Source: Raillietiella orientalis (lineage: Eukaryota). Taken from it: a stretch of 64,000 nucleotides of DNA. Both the position numbers and the translations under genes were made by a program. The DNA lies in contig JAYWIR010000042.1 of NCBI GenBank assembly GCA_036172245.1, forward strand, positions 1,302,001-1,366,000, in the 5' to 3' direction. Of this stretch, positions 51,436 to 64,000 are shown one piece after another (within the stretch, counting starts at the first letter, position 1; every line of letters begins with the position of its first letter). The notes below the pieces were generated by a model that did not search any database, was not told where the DNA came from, and worked only from the letters and a program-made list of their open reading frames with translations.

Positions 51436-52651
51436 AGACTTTTGTTGAAAAGGCAAATCGGAAACCCAGGTTCCCAAGGCAAATTCCATGGCTTTTTTTG
51501 AGGCCTGATTGGATGACTCAAGACCATGGCTGGTGATCGACAGACATGCAGACCTTGCCGTAGCCTCTTACAGAAACCAATTCAGGGGCTGCACTGTCGC
51601 AAAACGACGTTCTAAGTTCTGGTCTGCAGGCATCTTGTCCGAAGTTTCCATTCGAGACTTGTGGCTTCAGTGACTTGGTTTTTGTTCCTCTCTTTCCTCT
51701 TTTTCCCCCCTCCCCTCACAGCCCAGATTAGACTGGACTTTGGGGGGAGACTTCAGCAGAAACGAAAAATTCGTTGGAAGACGAAAAGATAAAGCAGCAA
51801 CAAGGATAGGTGTAGATGCTTTTCGCACGGTTTCCAAATACAGGCCACAGCAACTATTCGTTGCGGTGACCATACTTAATTTTGCTTGCTGAGAACGGAA
51901 AATGCCCTTTCTTCATCATGCTGACCAAACTTTCCACGACAAATTGGTGAAAACGATTATCCCTGGTCGTTTGCATATCCCCTTCCAAGCTCGGCACGCG
52001 ACCGCTTCAGCTCCCAACGTTAACATACGGAATGGAAGAGCGATTTGTTCCGTTATGTTCCGGGGGTGGGAGCAGACGCGGTGCGGGTCGAATGGGGAAT
52101 CTTCGGAGGATGGGTGGTTACAATTGTGGTCCCTCCTCCCTCCGGGAACCCTCAATTTGGGAGATATTTCGAATGAGGAAGGGTTTTGGGAATTAAAGAC
52201 AAGTACACAACTCGTTGTCTTGAGATCTGTACTTCCAGACCGAAAATTGTCCGCGCAAAGGCACTAATTATGGAAGTTATTTTCAAGACGACCTATTTGA
52301 AAAGGAAATCCATTTCTCCAGAACGACACAATGTGGGATAGATCCCAAAGCCCGAGAGCACACAGCAAACAGGACTTCTACGACTTGGTATTCCCTCTTT
52401 CCCTCTGGAGGGAAAACTGACAATTCCCGAAGAAAGTTTTGATGTCACTCACGAAAAGGCAAATGTCGTTTCCTAGGAAGCGGTACACACAGATGCCATC
52501 TATCTTTAACCTTCCGAAGGTCTCAAATCTCCAGTTTCAGCTCTGCACGGGCGTTCAGGCCCATGTAAGGATACAGCTAGGAGAAACGCGCGTATAAAAA
52601 ATATTAAATTCTAAACCCGCAAGTAATGCACACAGCTAAAATGGTAAATGC

Positions 52652-52687
52652 ATCGCTTCTCGGCCTTTTGGCTAAGATCAAAGTGTA
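52652..52687 (+). pseudogene. U2 snRNA 5' fragment (first 36 nt only)
   Basis: ATCGCTTCTCGGCCTTTTGGCTAAGATCAAAGTGTA matches the conserved U2 5' end. Similarity stops inside the GTGTAGTA branch-recognition motif, and the rest of U2 is not found. Confidence 0.9.
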
Positions 52688-53169
52688 AATTATGTGGATA
52701 TATATAGGAGTTATAAGGATGCTGCATAAGGGAGCTTAAACAGGAGAACACAGGAGGTTTTGACCTTGAAGGCCTCCTTCGTTAAAGGAGTCAGCTCACT
52801 GCTTCCGAAAACCTAAAAGTAAATGCACAGCTCATTTCCTTCCTTTTCAGTGTACGTGATGCGCCCCCTCCCCCCATTCCGCTGACAGGGAAAATCTCAA
52901 GTGCTTAATTCCCTCGTCGGTTTTCCCCTCCCGTCGAAGACGCACGCACAATCATCCAGGCAGCCTCTCCCGACAAACTTCCCTCCGTGGAGACCTCTCT
53001 TCAGGTGCGCGTCTGCCGAATGTTCCCGCGGTTCGCTCCCCGAACCTCTCTTGCCCCCTCGCACGGGTTCGCCCCACTCGGCCAGCAAGCGACTCCCTCG
53101 TGGAGTGGCAGCGAGTGCAACTGGCGGTCCTTTTCTATTATGGGAACGTTCCGTTCAGAAACCAAATGC

Positions 53170-53380
53170 CAGCATAGGGCGGATCCATTGCGGGAGACAG
53201 CAGAGTTGTGCGGCGGTCGCCAACTCGATAGGAAGCGCCTGCCCGGTGCGTTTGGGTGGCACTTCGGTCCGCTCCTTTCACCCTTCAGTCGGCCGCGACG
53301 AATCTGTCGCTCCGTTCAGACGGATTGGGAACTTGTGCGTTTGCAAACCTCGACAAGCTTTGATGAGGGTTTTTGCAAGG
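53170..53380 (+). pseudogene. H2A-like relic
   Basis: SIGRIH...IGSACPVRL (PVGRIH...VGAGAPVYL); IGN (AGN). Confidence 0.63.
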
Positions 53381-53919
53381 GAAGGGGGGAGCCGTCACTG
53401 CGGCGCAAGAAACGGTTCAGCCGGGAGTGGGACAAACGACTCGACTGACGACAGGCAATGCTCGCAATGGCAGCAAGGAAGGTGGCAGCAGCAACGTTCG
53501 AACAAAACGAAAGTCGACTCGCCGGCGACGATGGCGCGCACAGTCTAGCAAACCAGAGGAAACCCGCGGGGAGGGGGGAAAAAGGGGACAAAGACTGAAG
53601 GGAGTCGCCATGAAGAAGAGCGCAGACCAAAAACTCGTTCTTGAAGCGAGTTTGCGGCCGTGGCTTCGTTTGCAACTGCTTCCGTTCCCGTGGCGACGGA
53701 GGCACCATTCGTCGTTTAGCGAGTGCCGCTGGCAGTTGCACAGGTAGAGATTTCATCGCTAGGCAAGTGGTGGCGGTGGTGGGGCTCGTGTGATGTTTCC
53801 GGACTTTCGTATCATGGACTTCCATGGACTCCTTCCCCAACGAAAGTGAAGTCCACTTTTTGTTTTGTTTTTTTTTTGACCGCCCAATTGCAGGTGTCGT
53901 TCGCGCGAGGGCCGCCTCT

Positions 53920-54100
53920 GCTGCTCTTTGACCGAATGAAAAGAACGAGCGGCAGTGCGACACCGGTCCACAATGCTGAACGCTTGCTGGAAGCTGCATT
54001 GGAGCAGGCAAATCGATCGCACGGCGGCGGAGTAGAGCGATGACACGTGATTTCTGGCAATGATCGCACGTCATCAGCTGATTGGACGCTTTGCCTGCAC
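53920..54100 (+). pseudogene. H2A-like relic
   Basis: GSATPVH...LLE (GAGAPVY...VLE); MIARHQL (IIPRHLQL). Confidence 0.48.
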
Positions 54101-54399
54101 AAAAGAAAAAAAAATCGTATTCCTGGACATCGCATTCCTACTTGGTACTGCCGGACCTGGTACACGCTTCTGTACCATTCTGAACTCCCTGCACCCATCC
54201 CACGTTTTATTTGTTCCACGTTGGTTTCTCCTGTGTTTGCATTCGGTGTTCGGTTTGTTCAGCGGGTGGTCCGTTTTACGGGAAAACACGAAACACTAAC
54301 CTCATCTGCTAAATAATACGCAAAATCTGAGCCGAGGGCTAAGAAACGAATCATCCAATCAGACATTCTTGTCTTCAGTTCCGATCCCGGTCCGAATCC

Positions 54400-55500
54400 T
54401 TGAATCTTGATTCCAGAGCTTTGATGGTTCCTCAAGTGGATTTCGTGAAAGTCAGCACATCGGTTACTTGGATTCGGGTACGACCTCCGACTCTGCCTCC
54501 GTGCTGGAGGTCTCAAAGAATTCCTTGGACGGTCGCTGCCAGAACGAGCGTTTGGAAATCGACTATCCCCAAGACATGAGAAAAGCGACAGAGCGCTTGT
54601 TTTGTTCCCACGAGGGAGAATCGTTGCCTTCAGGAAGCTGCCTCTCCCACGGAAAGCGTGCCTCATACAAAATACCGCCGAAGAACACTACCTTCCAGCA
54701 ATATACAAATCACACACGTACAAATTCCTAACCTAACGTGGTGTCTATCAAACGGTCCACTGGGAATGCACGTCCTTTTTATGTCTTTCCACCACACTAA
54801 AGGCCCTCATCTTACAAGAACCTGGAAATTCGTACCTTCGTTACAAGCAGGAGGAAGAGGCAGGAAAGAAAATAAGACTTTCTACCAGTAGGGGTACCAG
54901 TTTCCGTTGATCTTTCTACTCTCCACACAATTCCCATGATCTGCTGCCCTCGATGAGAAAATGCTGACTGTTTCTTCTTAAGCACAAAGGAGTCTTTAGC
55001 CCTCTTCGGCCGGGGTTTCTCATCTTGACCTCGGTTGGAAGCCCGGTATCCGGGCTAAGAGAAGGAAAATCATCAGAGGAGTCTAGTGGAGAAAGGAGCG
55101 CGGTCACGAGCTGAGCAGCTTACCGGGAGAAGATGGAGACGCTTTGCCGGGAGCTTGGAAACAAGTCGTCTCCCAGCTGGCAGAGGAGTTCCTCTGGATA
55201 GGTAGAGGGAAGAGGAGAGACGAAGCAGCAAGGAGGTGGGGAGCCGAAAAACAGAATGATCCTTGGGGCTTAAGAACTGTCTACAGGATGACGGGGAGGG
55301 GGCAGCTGTCGCCCTCCTCCGTCCCTCGGTTACAGGAAAAAAGTGCAAGTTCCTTCCGCTCGCCATGGCTTTCTTCTGCTTATCGAGTCATCGCATCCCA
55401 CTTCCTTCCTCGGTGAAAATGGAACACGACGAGTGGAAGGGAGGAGACTAGGTGGTGGACTGGAGGTGGCTCTGAGTACTGCCAGCGTACACGAAGCGTA
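54400..55500 (+). mobile_element. Decayed L1/Tx1-like reverse transcriptase fragment
   Basis: DMRKATERL (D..KAFD.V) at about 54573; RGVYQ/GPL (RGVRQG.PL) at about 54737; LS/LTGR; EEFLWIG...WGL (FLW..GGL) at about 55185-55270. Confidence 0.6.
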
Positions 55501-57220
55501 CACCATCAAAATGTGCGATCTCAAGAGTCTGTTGTGGAGTCTGTGCATTTTTTCCTACCACTGTGCTACGTCACGCGTGTTTTTCTGCAAAGACATATAC
55601 CCTCCACCCCGCCCCCCGAGTCACCCACCCTCCACATCGAAGGGTGGTGCGCCTGCGCATGATGTGAAGGGGAAGGTGGTCCCCACCAGATGGCGACGAT
55701 AAACCCTCCACGAGCAGCAGGGTTGCGAGAGGAAATGAGAACCTCTCCTGATTGCCCACTCGGGAATAGCTGCGCATGCAACTTACTATATGCGCACGGG
55801 GGAAGGGGTGCAGCGTTGTCGTAACGACCTGGCGGGACTTCGCCCTTTCTCCCCTACTCTTCATTACCTCAGGAGCACAAGAAAGGGAAAACGGTTCCCT
55901 GACTCTGCAGCCTCGATTGCATGGTCTCGAAGAAAATGCCATCACCTCCGTCCCCCGGCTCATTCATAACTACCGCTCGCTCCTGCCCTTCGCCGACCCC
56001 CGAGGTGTATAAATTGCACATAAGTTTCAGCACTCCCTCGGGTATCCACGATCCAGACATTTCGTACTGACGAAACGCCCGCTGCAACCTTCCGTTAGAT
56101 AGTTCATCCCGAACTGACGCGAGATGGTCATCTTTGTTCCCTTTCTCGTTGTCCTTCCTCGGCGTTCCTCGTTTCGCTTGCTTTCTATTCGTGGCCCTTC
56201 ATTCCTTCATATGCAACACGTCCCTCTCTGGCTTCTCAACGGTGCTCAAGATCTTTTCAAACTGGGGACAAAAGGGGGGGGGGGAGGGAACACTCCTTCC
56301 TTTCCTTTCCAATTTTTTTTTTTTTTTTTTTCTACAAACAAGTGCGTCTCGGTAAGACCGAACTACTCTCTCAGAACCTAAACCACACCTACTGCCCTTT
56401 ATGTCACTTCATTCTCTTCTTCATCTTCTGACTCCATCTAACCAGGACTCATCAATTGCGCAGCATTCCCCGCTCTGGAGAGTCCGACCCGGCTGTTTCC
56501 CCGGTCAATCATTTTTTCTGTGATCTTTGCACCCTGAAAGTTCTTCCATTGGAACTTTTCTGTCTTCTGTGCTACCATCACCCTCTACAGAACCCCCCCG
56601 CACCCCCGCGTAGAGCACACCTTCATTATCAAACCTTTACTTTTGCCCGTTATGAACACAAGCACAGCTAACTAGTGTGTGCTTTCACAATGGTTCACGA
56701 CAAAAGGGTGTTAGCAAACTGCATGAAAAAGAATGGTACAAACAGGGATGCCGACGCCTGCACAAAATGCAGCCACCCATGCTGAAATAAGGATCTTCCG
56801 CGTGTACATCATTTTACGCTATGACTCACCGAGTTAAAATTTTTTGTAAAATTTCCACGATGTTAATCCAAACAACCAACCCTCGCGGTCTTTTACATTC
56901 ACGGTTTCGAATTTCTCGGAGATTCATTCTACTTTTGAAAACCTCAAACCATTAAAAATTATAATCTACATTCAAATGACCACTGTTATAAAAATAACTT
57001 CGTGAGTTGCACTCGGTGATTCTGTTACAAAATTAAAACACTTCATGTTCTCTGATATTTTAACTGATTTAATTTGGCTAAATATGAGGATAATTCTATC
57101 TTTTTTTCTACACACACAGAACAAAAATAATTTGATTAAATTTGAAATATGACCCGATGATTACTGCTACTCCACAGTCTGAATGCTGTTTTCATAATAC
57201 GAAAACAGGCACATCATCGG

Positions 57221-57448
57221 CTAATAATTGATAACTTTCTTCACTGCTTCCAGGCATCGCCACTTGTCAGGTAAATAAAAAGGTTCGTAAACATGAGGAA
57301 ATGGTGTGTCCCAGCCTGCAACTCGCTGTATAGGAGCTTCCAAATAAAGAAAGCACTCCTCTTGAACGGTGCTTGAAATTTCAGCCCCCAGTCCAGCAGT
57401 TAATGGTGCCTCATGGGCAACTACCAGTCTTCCAGTCTTCTTTACCGA
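57221..57448 (-). CDS. BCKDHB: BCKDHB exon 6
   Basis: [15 protein letters not shown]...KKVINY then stop. Confidence 0.95.
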   Translation of the reverse strand, partial: SVKKTGRLVVAHEAPLTAGLGAEISSTVQEECFLYLEAPIQRVAGWDTPFPHVYEPFYLPDKWRCLEAVKKVINY

Positions 57449-59599
57449 CTAGAACCACAGTTGAACAGCTAAGATGCAGCAGATACATCTCACCTGACAA
57501 ATTGTATCCTCGTCAAAAGGCGAAATAGTCACTAGATCAATTAATTCGCAGGACACATTGAGCTCCTGTTGAGCCATTTCACACACTTCCTTCAAAACAT
57601 GAATTTGCGTGCCATAGCCCAACAAGGTAACATCTGTTCCGGGAATGAGAATTTCAGCTTTTTCTAAAGGGATGCAATATTCGTCTACTGGTACTTCTTC
57701 AACTGCAGCCCGGTACAAGACTTTGGGCTCAAAGAACAAAGCTGGATTAGGATCATAAATGCATGACAATAACAAGCCTTTGGCTTGAATGGGTCCCCTT
57801 GGAATGACAACCTAGAACAAACACTTAGCATTAGCGTATGACACATGACACAAACACACCTTTAGTCCAGGAACGTGGGCAAAAAAGCCTTCAACACTTT
57901 GTGAATGATACAAACCACCATGACCAACAGCTCCGTATGGAGCTCGAATTGTCATTTTGCCACAATTAAAATGATTGCCACTTCTATAGCGAAACTTTGC
58001 TGCCTCATTGACTAACTAGTTCCACAGCAATACGGATTAATGCAACATGAATTGGTTTGTCTAAACCTGATCAAAACTCGGTAAAATATAGTCGGCAAAC
58101 TGGATTTCCCCAACTGCTGTGGCTCCAGCACAAGCAAGGCCAATTGCAAGTCCCACAATTCCCTGTTCACACAAAGGAGTGTTGAAAACACGATCTTTGC
58201 CATACTTTTCTTGCAGGCCAATGGTACAGCGAAATACACCACCAAAACCAACATCTTCACCAAACACAACTAAAAATTATATTGTTGGTAATTTCCATCA
58301 TGAACAGATGCTAGCCAAACCTTTTGAGTTTATTAGATAATACAATCACTTATTTGTACTACTGATGTATTCACATCTACCTATAATAATTTCAAATGCA
58401 TGAATCTCAAGTATGCAATAGAAATTACTTCTTGATAACAGCATCAAAGTGGGTGCAACATGCAAGATTTTCACTGAACTAGGAATTTATAATATGAATT
58501 TCTTATTTCAGTGGAAAAACAAAAAAAAAAGAACTGACCAAAATGCAAAATAGCAATGAATTCATATGTGTGTATGCAGAATAAGAGAAGAAATAATTTG
58601 ATTTAGAAATGCTGTACGAAAACTGAAGTAGCATATTTAGAACTGAAATTGTGAATGATTTCATACCTGTGGTTGGATCTTTTGCCAAAGCCACATCCAT
58701 TGCACTGGACACTGCTTGGAATAAATTCATTTTTGTTGTTTCACCTGCAATTCACAATAAAGATAATGTTAAAATAATGTTCAATCAGCCTACTGTATTG
58801 TAGAGCTTTCAAAATGACACAATTTCACATAGACTTCCAATTCTTTCACCATATAATACATCAAGTATCAGAAACAAAGAGTACACATAATTATATGCAA
58901 GCAGCATTTATGATCAATGCCAAAGTAAAAATCTTCTTGAACAGAAAAATATTAAGTTACTTGTATACTAGAATAGGTAATAAATCTTGTTAAAGAAAAC
59001 ACTTCAATAAAAACCGAATTCAGAAATTCTGCCTTAGATTTCTAAAATCCTTAGCACACAAATGATCCCAAAACTGCTGGCCTGTTTGTTTCAGATCACA
59101 TACAAACACAAAACAATCAGTAAGTAAATTTCAAGCTTTATTGAATACAGATGAAACAAATCTACACAATTTCAAATAAAATTGAGAGCTGAATGAATGG
59201 CTGCTTTTGTTTGGTCATTTGTAACTTATAATTATACCATGTTCAATGATGCAACAATGCAAAAACACACACACACACACACATGCATGCATATCAAATC
59301 ATGTCCAAATAGCTTAGCAAACATTCAGCATGAGAATCTGTTTCCAATAAGGTAACTAGGAGACATTTAGTATTTAAAAGACAAAAAACAAACAAAATAC
59401 CTTTAGCCATTGGAGGGTTTTCTGGAACAAAGGTGAAATGCGATGCTGCCCTGCAATGTTTGATCTTCAGCAATGGAAAACCATGATTCCTTAGCAAGAA
59501 ATTAGAGCTCCAACTTGAATTGGTAAACCATCGTTGGATATTTCCACATCCATAAATCAAATGTTGAAATATGTTGCGATTGATTTTTATCAGGGACAT
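57221..59599 (-). CDS. BCKDHB: 2-oxoisovalerate dehydrogenase E1 beta subunit, mitochondrial; 6 coding exons, 1182 nt, 393 aa
   Basis: Exons 59599-59401, 58744-58667, 58269-58067, 58015-57860, 57811-57494 and 57448-57221 join in phase through GT..AG introns. Hallmark peptides: [81 protein letters not shown]. The stop is TAG at 57221-57223. Confidence 0.96.
57494..57811 (-). CDS. BCKDHB: BCKDHB exon 5
   Basis: [17 protein letters not shown]...DEDTICQ; GTGAGA donor. Confidence 0.95.
57860..58015 (-). CDS. BCKDHB: BCKDHB exon 4
   Basis: [13 protein letters not shown]...HVPGLK; flanked by 51-nt and 48-nt GT-AG introns. Confidence 0.95.
58067..58269 (-). CDS. BCKDHB: BCKDHB exon 3
   Basis: TTTTAG acceptor; [11 protein letters not shown]...PSFDQ; GTTTAG donor. 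Confidence 0.95.
58667..58744 (-). CDS. BCKDHB: BCKDHB exon 2
   Basis: TTGCAG acceptor; [32 protein letters not shown] donor. Confidence 0.93.
59401..59599 (-). CDS. BCKDHB: BCKDHB exon 1 (mitochondrial transit peptide-like N-terminus)
   Basis: ATG at 59599. Basic, acid-poor N-terminus ending [15 protein letters not shown], donor G|GTATTT. Confidence 0.85.
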
Positions 59600-62349
59600 T
59601 TTCTCACAGTCTGTTTTTGTAAAGTACTTTACTTTTCCATAAGATAGTATTGAGAAGTTGAAAAGTCCATTGCTTTAGCATTCAACTGGAAATGAAAAAT
59701 AGGATCATAAGAAGGGATTCCTATAGGATCATGAGAAGGTTCCCCTATAAACAAAAATGAAGGTGCGTATCAAAACTAAATTATTCTGAAGAGTTAAAGA
59801 AATTGCAAAGGGAAGAGATGAATAGCTTCCACTTGACAATAAGACTAAAGTAAACTACTGAAGAATGCAGAAAAACTGAACTACTAGTAACAGAGAGCAA
59901 ACAACAGTATCTGTTAAAGGGGAACTGCTTATGCTGAAACCTGCTAACAAGCTCCCACAAACCAGTAACAAGAATGCAGCACAAGTCTCTACAACCACCT
60001 TACCAAGGCTTAGCAAGGCATGAAGGCATGAGGAATCTTTTTTTGTAAAGAGTTAGAAAAGTTTGAAAGTACCTATTGTGGTCTTATGTGATAAAAAAAA
60101 TTGGCTCCAACGACGATACTTATATTAATACATCACAATTAATTAGAGAGAATTATTTTTTTATATTTCGATTTGAAATATTTTGATCTTACGTATGTTC
60201 CCGTTCCCTGTTTTAAATCAGCTAGTGAAGGGGGACTTAATTGCCATACAAAAAAGTTTACAAGCAATAACCAAAGTACTGAAGCGGAGCTTGGAGGCTA
60301 TCCTAGAAATTCTAATTACAAATTACCGCCGAGAATAAGTGAATAACATATCCTCTAAGCATCCCGACTATGAATGTGAAATCTTTAGTGCACAGTCCAT
60401 ATTTACCCTTCATAAAAGCAGGAAAAAGAACTCCGCCGTGGATCGCTCTGTTGCAGAATTGGCTTAAAGTTCCGCAGGCGCCAACATCAACTTTTATTTA
60501 ATTTGCAGTTTTGGATGAAATGAAACTGAAACACTTTGAGCAGCATTCACTCCGACTCAAAATGAAGCATACGAAAATACTTTGCACGAGTTCAGTTTTG
60601 AGTTGAATGTAAATTCACTTCAATTAACCATGAGAAATCATTTTGGAAAAACGGTAATGTGATTCTGAAATTACTCCAAGAGAAGAGGAAAACAAATATA
60701 CAATCCACAGAAAATAAAAAGGGAGTGGAAAGGATGAAGAGGGAAATATTAATATTATGTTATGCAGTTAAATGAAAATTAAGCTTTTTGAAGACGGCTT
60801 TTGTTATGAAGCTTTGCTCTATTTTAGCACTTCTGAGAGTGAAGTTCACTTTCATTCTCTTTGCAGATGATTGATGAGAGATTGAAAATCTCTTGTCTTC
60901 AAATAAGCCGAAAGTTCCATACAGTTAGTACTTCCAAACCAATTAGTGAAGCATGAACGAAGAGAACTATGGGCATTCTGTGCATGCTTAGTTGTGTAAC
61001 AAACATTAGACAATCATATTGTTTGTGCATCTTTCACGCTGTTTGACTTCATTTCTAGATTAGAGATTGCTGTGGTTGATATTCGAAAGCACACGATTGC
61101 CATATATTCACCATGAAACTGTGCACTGCACACAATCGTATATGATAGGATTGATCATGAATGATGAACATGATTCGTCCATATTAATGATAATTGTCGG
61201 TCAGCCACATCACTAGCTCTCTATCCTGTCTAAATATTCGGCAAGAAAAGCCAAGAATGACAGACTTCGAGGAATTCTCCTGTTCGTTCCAATTGAACGC
61301 AGCTGCTGATCGCTTTTGCACATCGTCGGTAGTCAGCGACAATTGAAAGTCACTTATTCTGATGTAGATTCACATTCATCGGAATGTATCGAAGTTCTCA
61401 TCTCTGTCGGCAGTAGAGTATAAGCGATTTCTCCTGCTCTAAGGACAGGGGAGGAAAGCAAGGAGGAATAGAGAAAAGTTGAAATGGGAGAACTCTTAGC
61501 ACGGTAGGAACACGTACATGCATGTGATGGTATCCACTTGAGAACGAGTGCACTGGAGAGTAGCTCGGTCCAGTCGCTGCTCGGACGACCATTGGCTTCC
61601 CGAGATTCTTCGAAGGGACATCACGGTCTTCTATGTTTGCAACACTTCCCGTTGAGCGTCTGGTCGCGTTGACGTTCCCGTTGGAGGACTCGCCCGTCGT
61701 CGTCATCGGCTCCACCGTCGTTACCGGAACAGCTCCTTTCCCCCTACCTTTGCATGCCCCAAACTGTTGCTCCAACTGCAGACTCCACCCAAAAGTCTGG
61801 TCCTGTCCTTCTTGCTCCGTTCTGCTACCGCCTGCTCGTCCGGACGAGTTCTTCCTTTGGCCTTAGCAAAAGTGTGCGAGTCACTGGTCAGCAGGACTTC
61901 CATCACCACATAGAACGGCCCCGAAACTTTCGAGAATTCTGTTCGAACGAATTCCTCAACAGAACCAATGAAATTCGTCGACCCAAACAGCAGCCCTGTG
62001 TCGGCGTCTTTTCAGAATTGATTTCCTTAACATCCTTTCAAGGAACTGGGGTGATCAGTCTTCTTGTTTTGCGACAAAGATCCTTTCTTGTAGTGGCATA
62101 GTGCTGTTTCTCGAAATCTCGGGGCGCGCCGTAGATCTGGCGCAGGGAGAGAGGAGAAGGATTGCCCATTATTCTACCTACTGGACGCTGCTTGAGCCAC
62201 TGCTTCAAGGGATAGACCACGCAGTTATGCAACGAAATACTGAACGGGTCTATGCATCCCTTCCAATCTCTTCGTGAGGGAGTCTGCTACACTACCCATG
62301 GTAGCAGCAAGAGAGAATGAGCTATAATGAGAACATGGGTTCAGCAAGT

Positions 62350-63900
62350 ACTTCCTGGAAGAAGTAGGAAAGAGAGGTGTTTTTTGGAAGAGAACGGTCG
62401 CATTTTTCTTTCTCCCAGTTGCTTCTTCAGGAGGAGAAGGCAGAGATGATAAAGATCACGTGGACATGAGGGTTGAATTTCAAAATGAAGATGAGGCATG
62501 TGACTTACTCGATCATGGATTTACCCTGTCAATCGGAAGTACTTAGATGACCGCCAACAGCAAAATAGGAGGCGCAGACAACACTAAGACAGTGGATTTC
62601 TCCAGAAGCAACAGCAACAGGTGAAGGAGGGGGGCATTCTGGACAGGGAAGTCTACCAAGGGCAATGGAGTGGATGAGAAGAATGCCGTGATAGAAACTC
62701 TATGAAACTCTGTCTTCAGTTTACTGTGGGATGCCAATATGTTAAAATGGTAAGCGAAGTCCTTTCTCTCTATCCTACCCTGCCCTTTACTCTTCCTTCT
62801 TCCTCTCTCCCCCTCCCCTAACATGCATTATCGGAAAGGAAAAATGAAGAATAAAAAATGCAGAAAGGGAAAATGAAGGGTCAACCAGTGGAAAGCTTAG
62901 GATTCTGCAGCCTTCCATATCTGAGCCTCGAAAAAGCAAGGACGCCTTTCCATAAACCTTAGAAAAGCACGCTACTCCTTGGGGGGATCGGTGGGCCACG
63001 GGGAGTCGGTACGGCACTATGGATCGGTTTCGACGGCTTTCCGTATGCGAACAGATGTCAAAGTACCGGAAAAGTGTGGAGATCATTAGGCGCTGACACT
63101 CCACGAGTGAAACACCGAGTGACTGATTTGGTTTCCCGAACTACCAGCAAAAGTATAATGTCATGGAAACTCCTATGAAGAGATGGAACCTTGCCAAGGG
63201 GAGACAGTTTCAATGCCGTCATAAGCAGTTTGGCTCACCTTTGACGTAAGCCTGCAAACAGGAATCCAAGAAGCACAAAGAAGAAGCTTATCCAAGAAGA
63301 GAGAATTGTAGGCAAACCAAGGGCACCAATGAACCTTGGGAAAGAAAATAACAGAGTAGAAGAATACACACATGAAACAAAATATGTAAACAGCCGTATG
63401 GAAGCTGGAGTCTTTGCCAATAGTCTCCATAACATGGAAAACGAAGCTCTATCGGAGCAATCTTATACTCTTCATCATCGAGGGCTTCGCAATGGAGCGA
63501 AACTCAAACGCTGGGCCAGGACTGAAAGATGAGTTCTGAACAGCCTGTGGTGAAATGAAGACTAAAATCAACATTTTCACATGCTCGATTCTGAACAAGG
63601 ACTGGGGCATTGTAAGGCAGATTATAGATGCTCCAGGAAAGACGAAAGATAAAATACTGAGAGAATGCTCGAGAGGGGCTTCGTTCTAAGATACAATTCA
63701 TGCCCCAGAAGTACCTTGCCTTCTCTTATCACATCAGTACCAATAAGAAAGAATCTCTCACTCAAAGACAGACGGAATGACAAAAAAAGAACAAGGCCTG
63801 ACGAAAAGAAAAACATCCATCAGGAAATGTGGAAACGTTCCGATGGCAATATGTCAATAACTGTTTTGCAGAATAGGGAGCTTCGGATGCTATGGTCCTG
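62350..63900 (+). mobile_element. Decayed L1/Tx1-like relic (AT-richer family)
   Basis: ORF1-like VEFQNEDEACDLLDHGFTL at about 62470; LHHRGLRNGAKLKRW then *TACGEMKT..IFTC.....W (zf-RVT-like, with the first Cys mutated to TGA) at about 63470-63605. Confidence 0.55.
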
Positions 63901-64000
63901 GAGATTGCAGCGGAAACAACAGAAAAAAGTAGAAGTATATATGTGAACTTGTGTGTAGTCGAACAAAACTTCGGATTGTACATTTGCAATATGCATAGTA

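Noticed and set aside
52652..55500. A single Keno-type element running from the U2 fragment through the 54-55 kb RT
   Set aside because: The U2 piece is pristine while the RT is highly decayed, histone relics intervene, and the 3' remainder of U2 is not found downstream.
61398..62232. Minus-strand ORFs as a host gene or a second ORF1 relic
   Set aside because: No recognisable domain or consistent splice pattern; the knuckle-like hint is too weak to call.

Overview
Eukaryotic, probably invertebrate animal, genomic DNA with two compartments. (1) About 56.8-61.3 kb is AT-rich and holds the only intact gene I can support: BCKDHB (branched-chain keto-acid dehydrogenase E1 beta), minus strand, 6 coding exons, 393 aa, GT-AG introns as short as 45-51 nt. 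(2) About 1-56.5 kb is GC-richer and has no credible intact gene, but manual frame-by-frame reading reveals three classes of relic. There are several dozen heavily decayed histone-fold relics of all four core histones, often packed head-to-tail with almost no spacer. These are interleaved with about 14 fragments of L1/Tx1-like non-LTR retrotransposons, five of which share an AATAAA-plus-hairpin 3' end. There is also a decayed, roughly full-length, intronless actin-like sequence and a 36-nt U2 snRNA 5' fragment inside a target-site-duplication-like repeat. The most unusual signal is the histone relic field, possibly derived from fused histone multiplets, mixed with LINE relics. All relic assignments are by-eye motif alignments across frameshifts. 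Their coordinates are approximate and the weaker ones need HMM confirmation.
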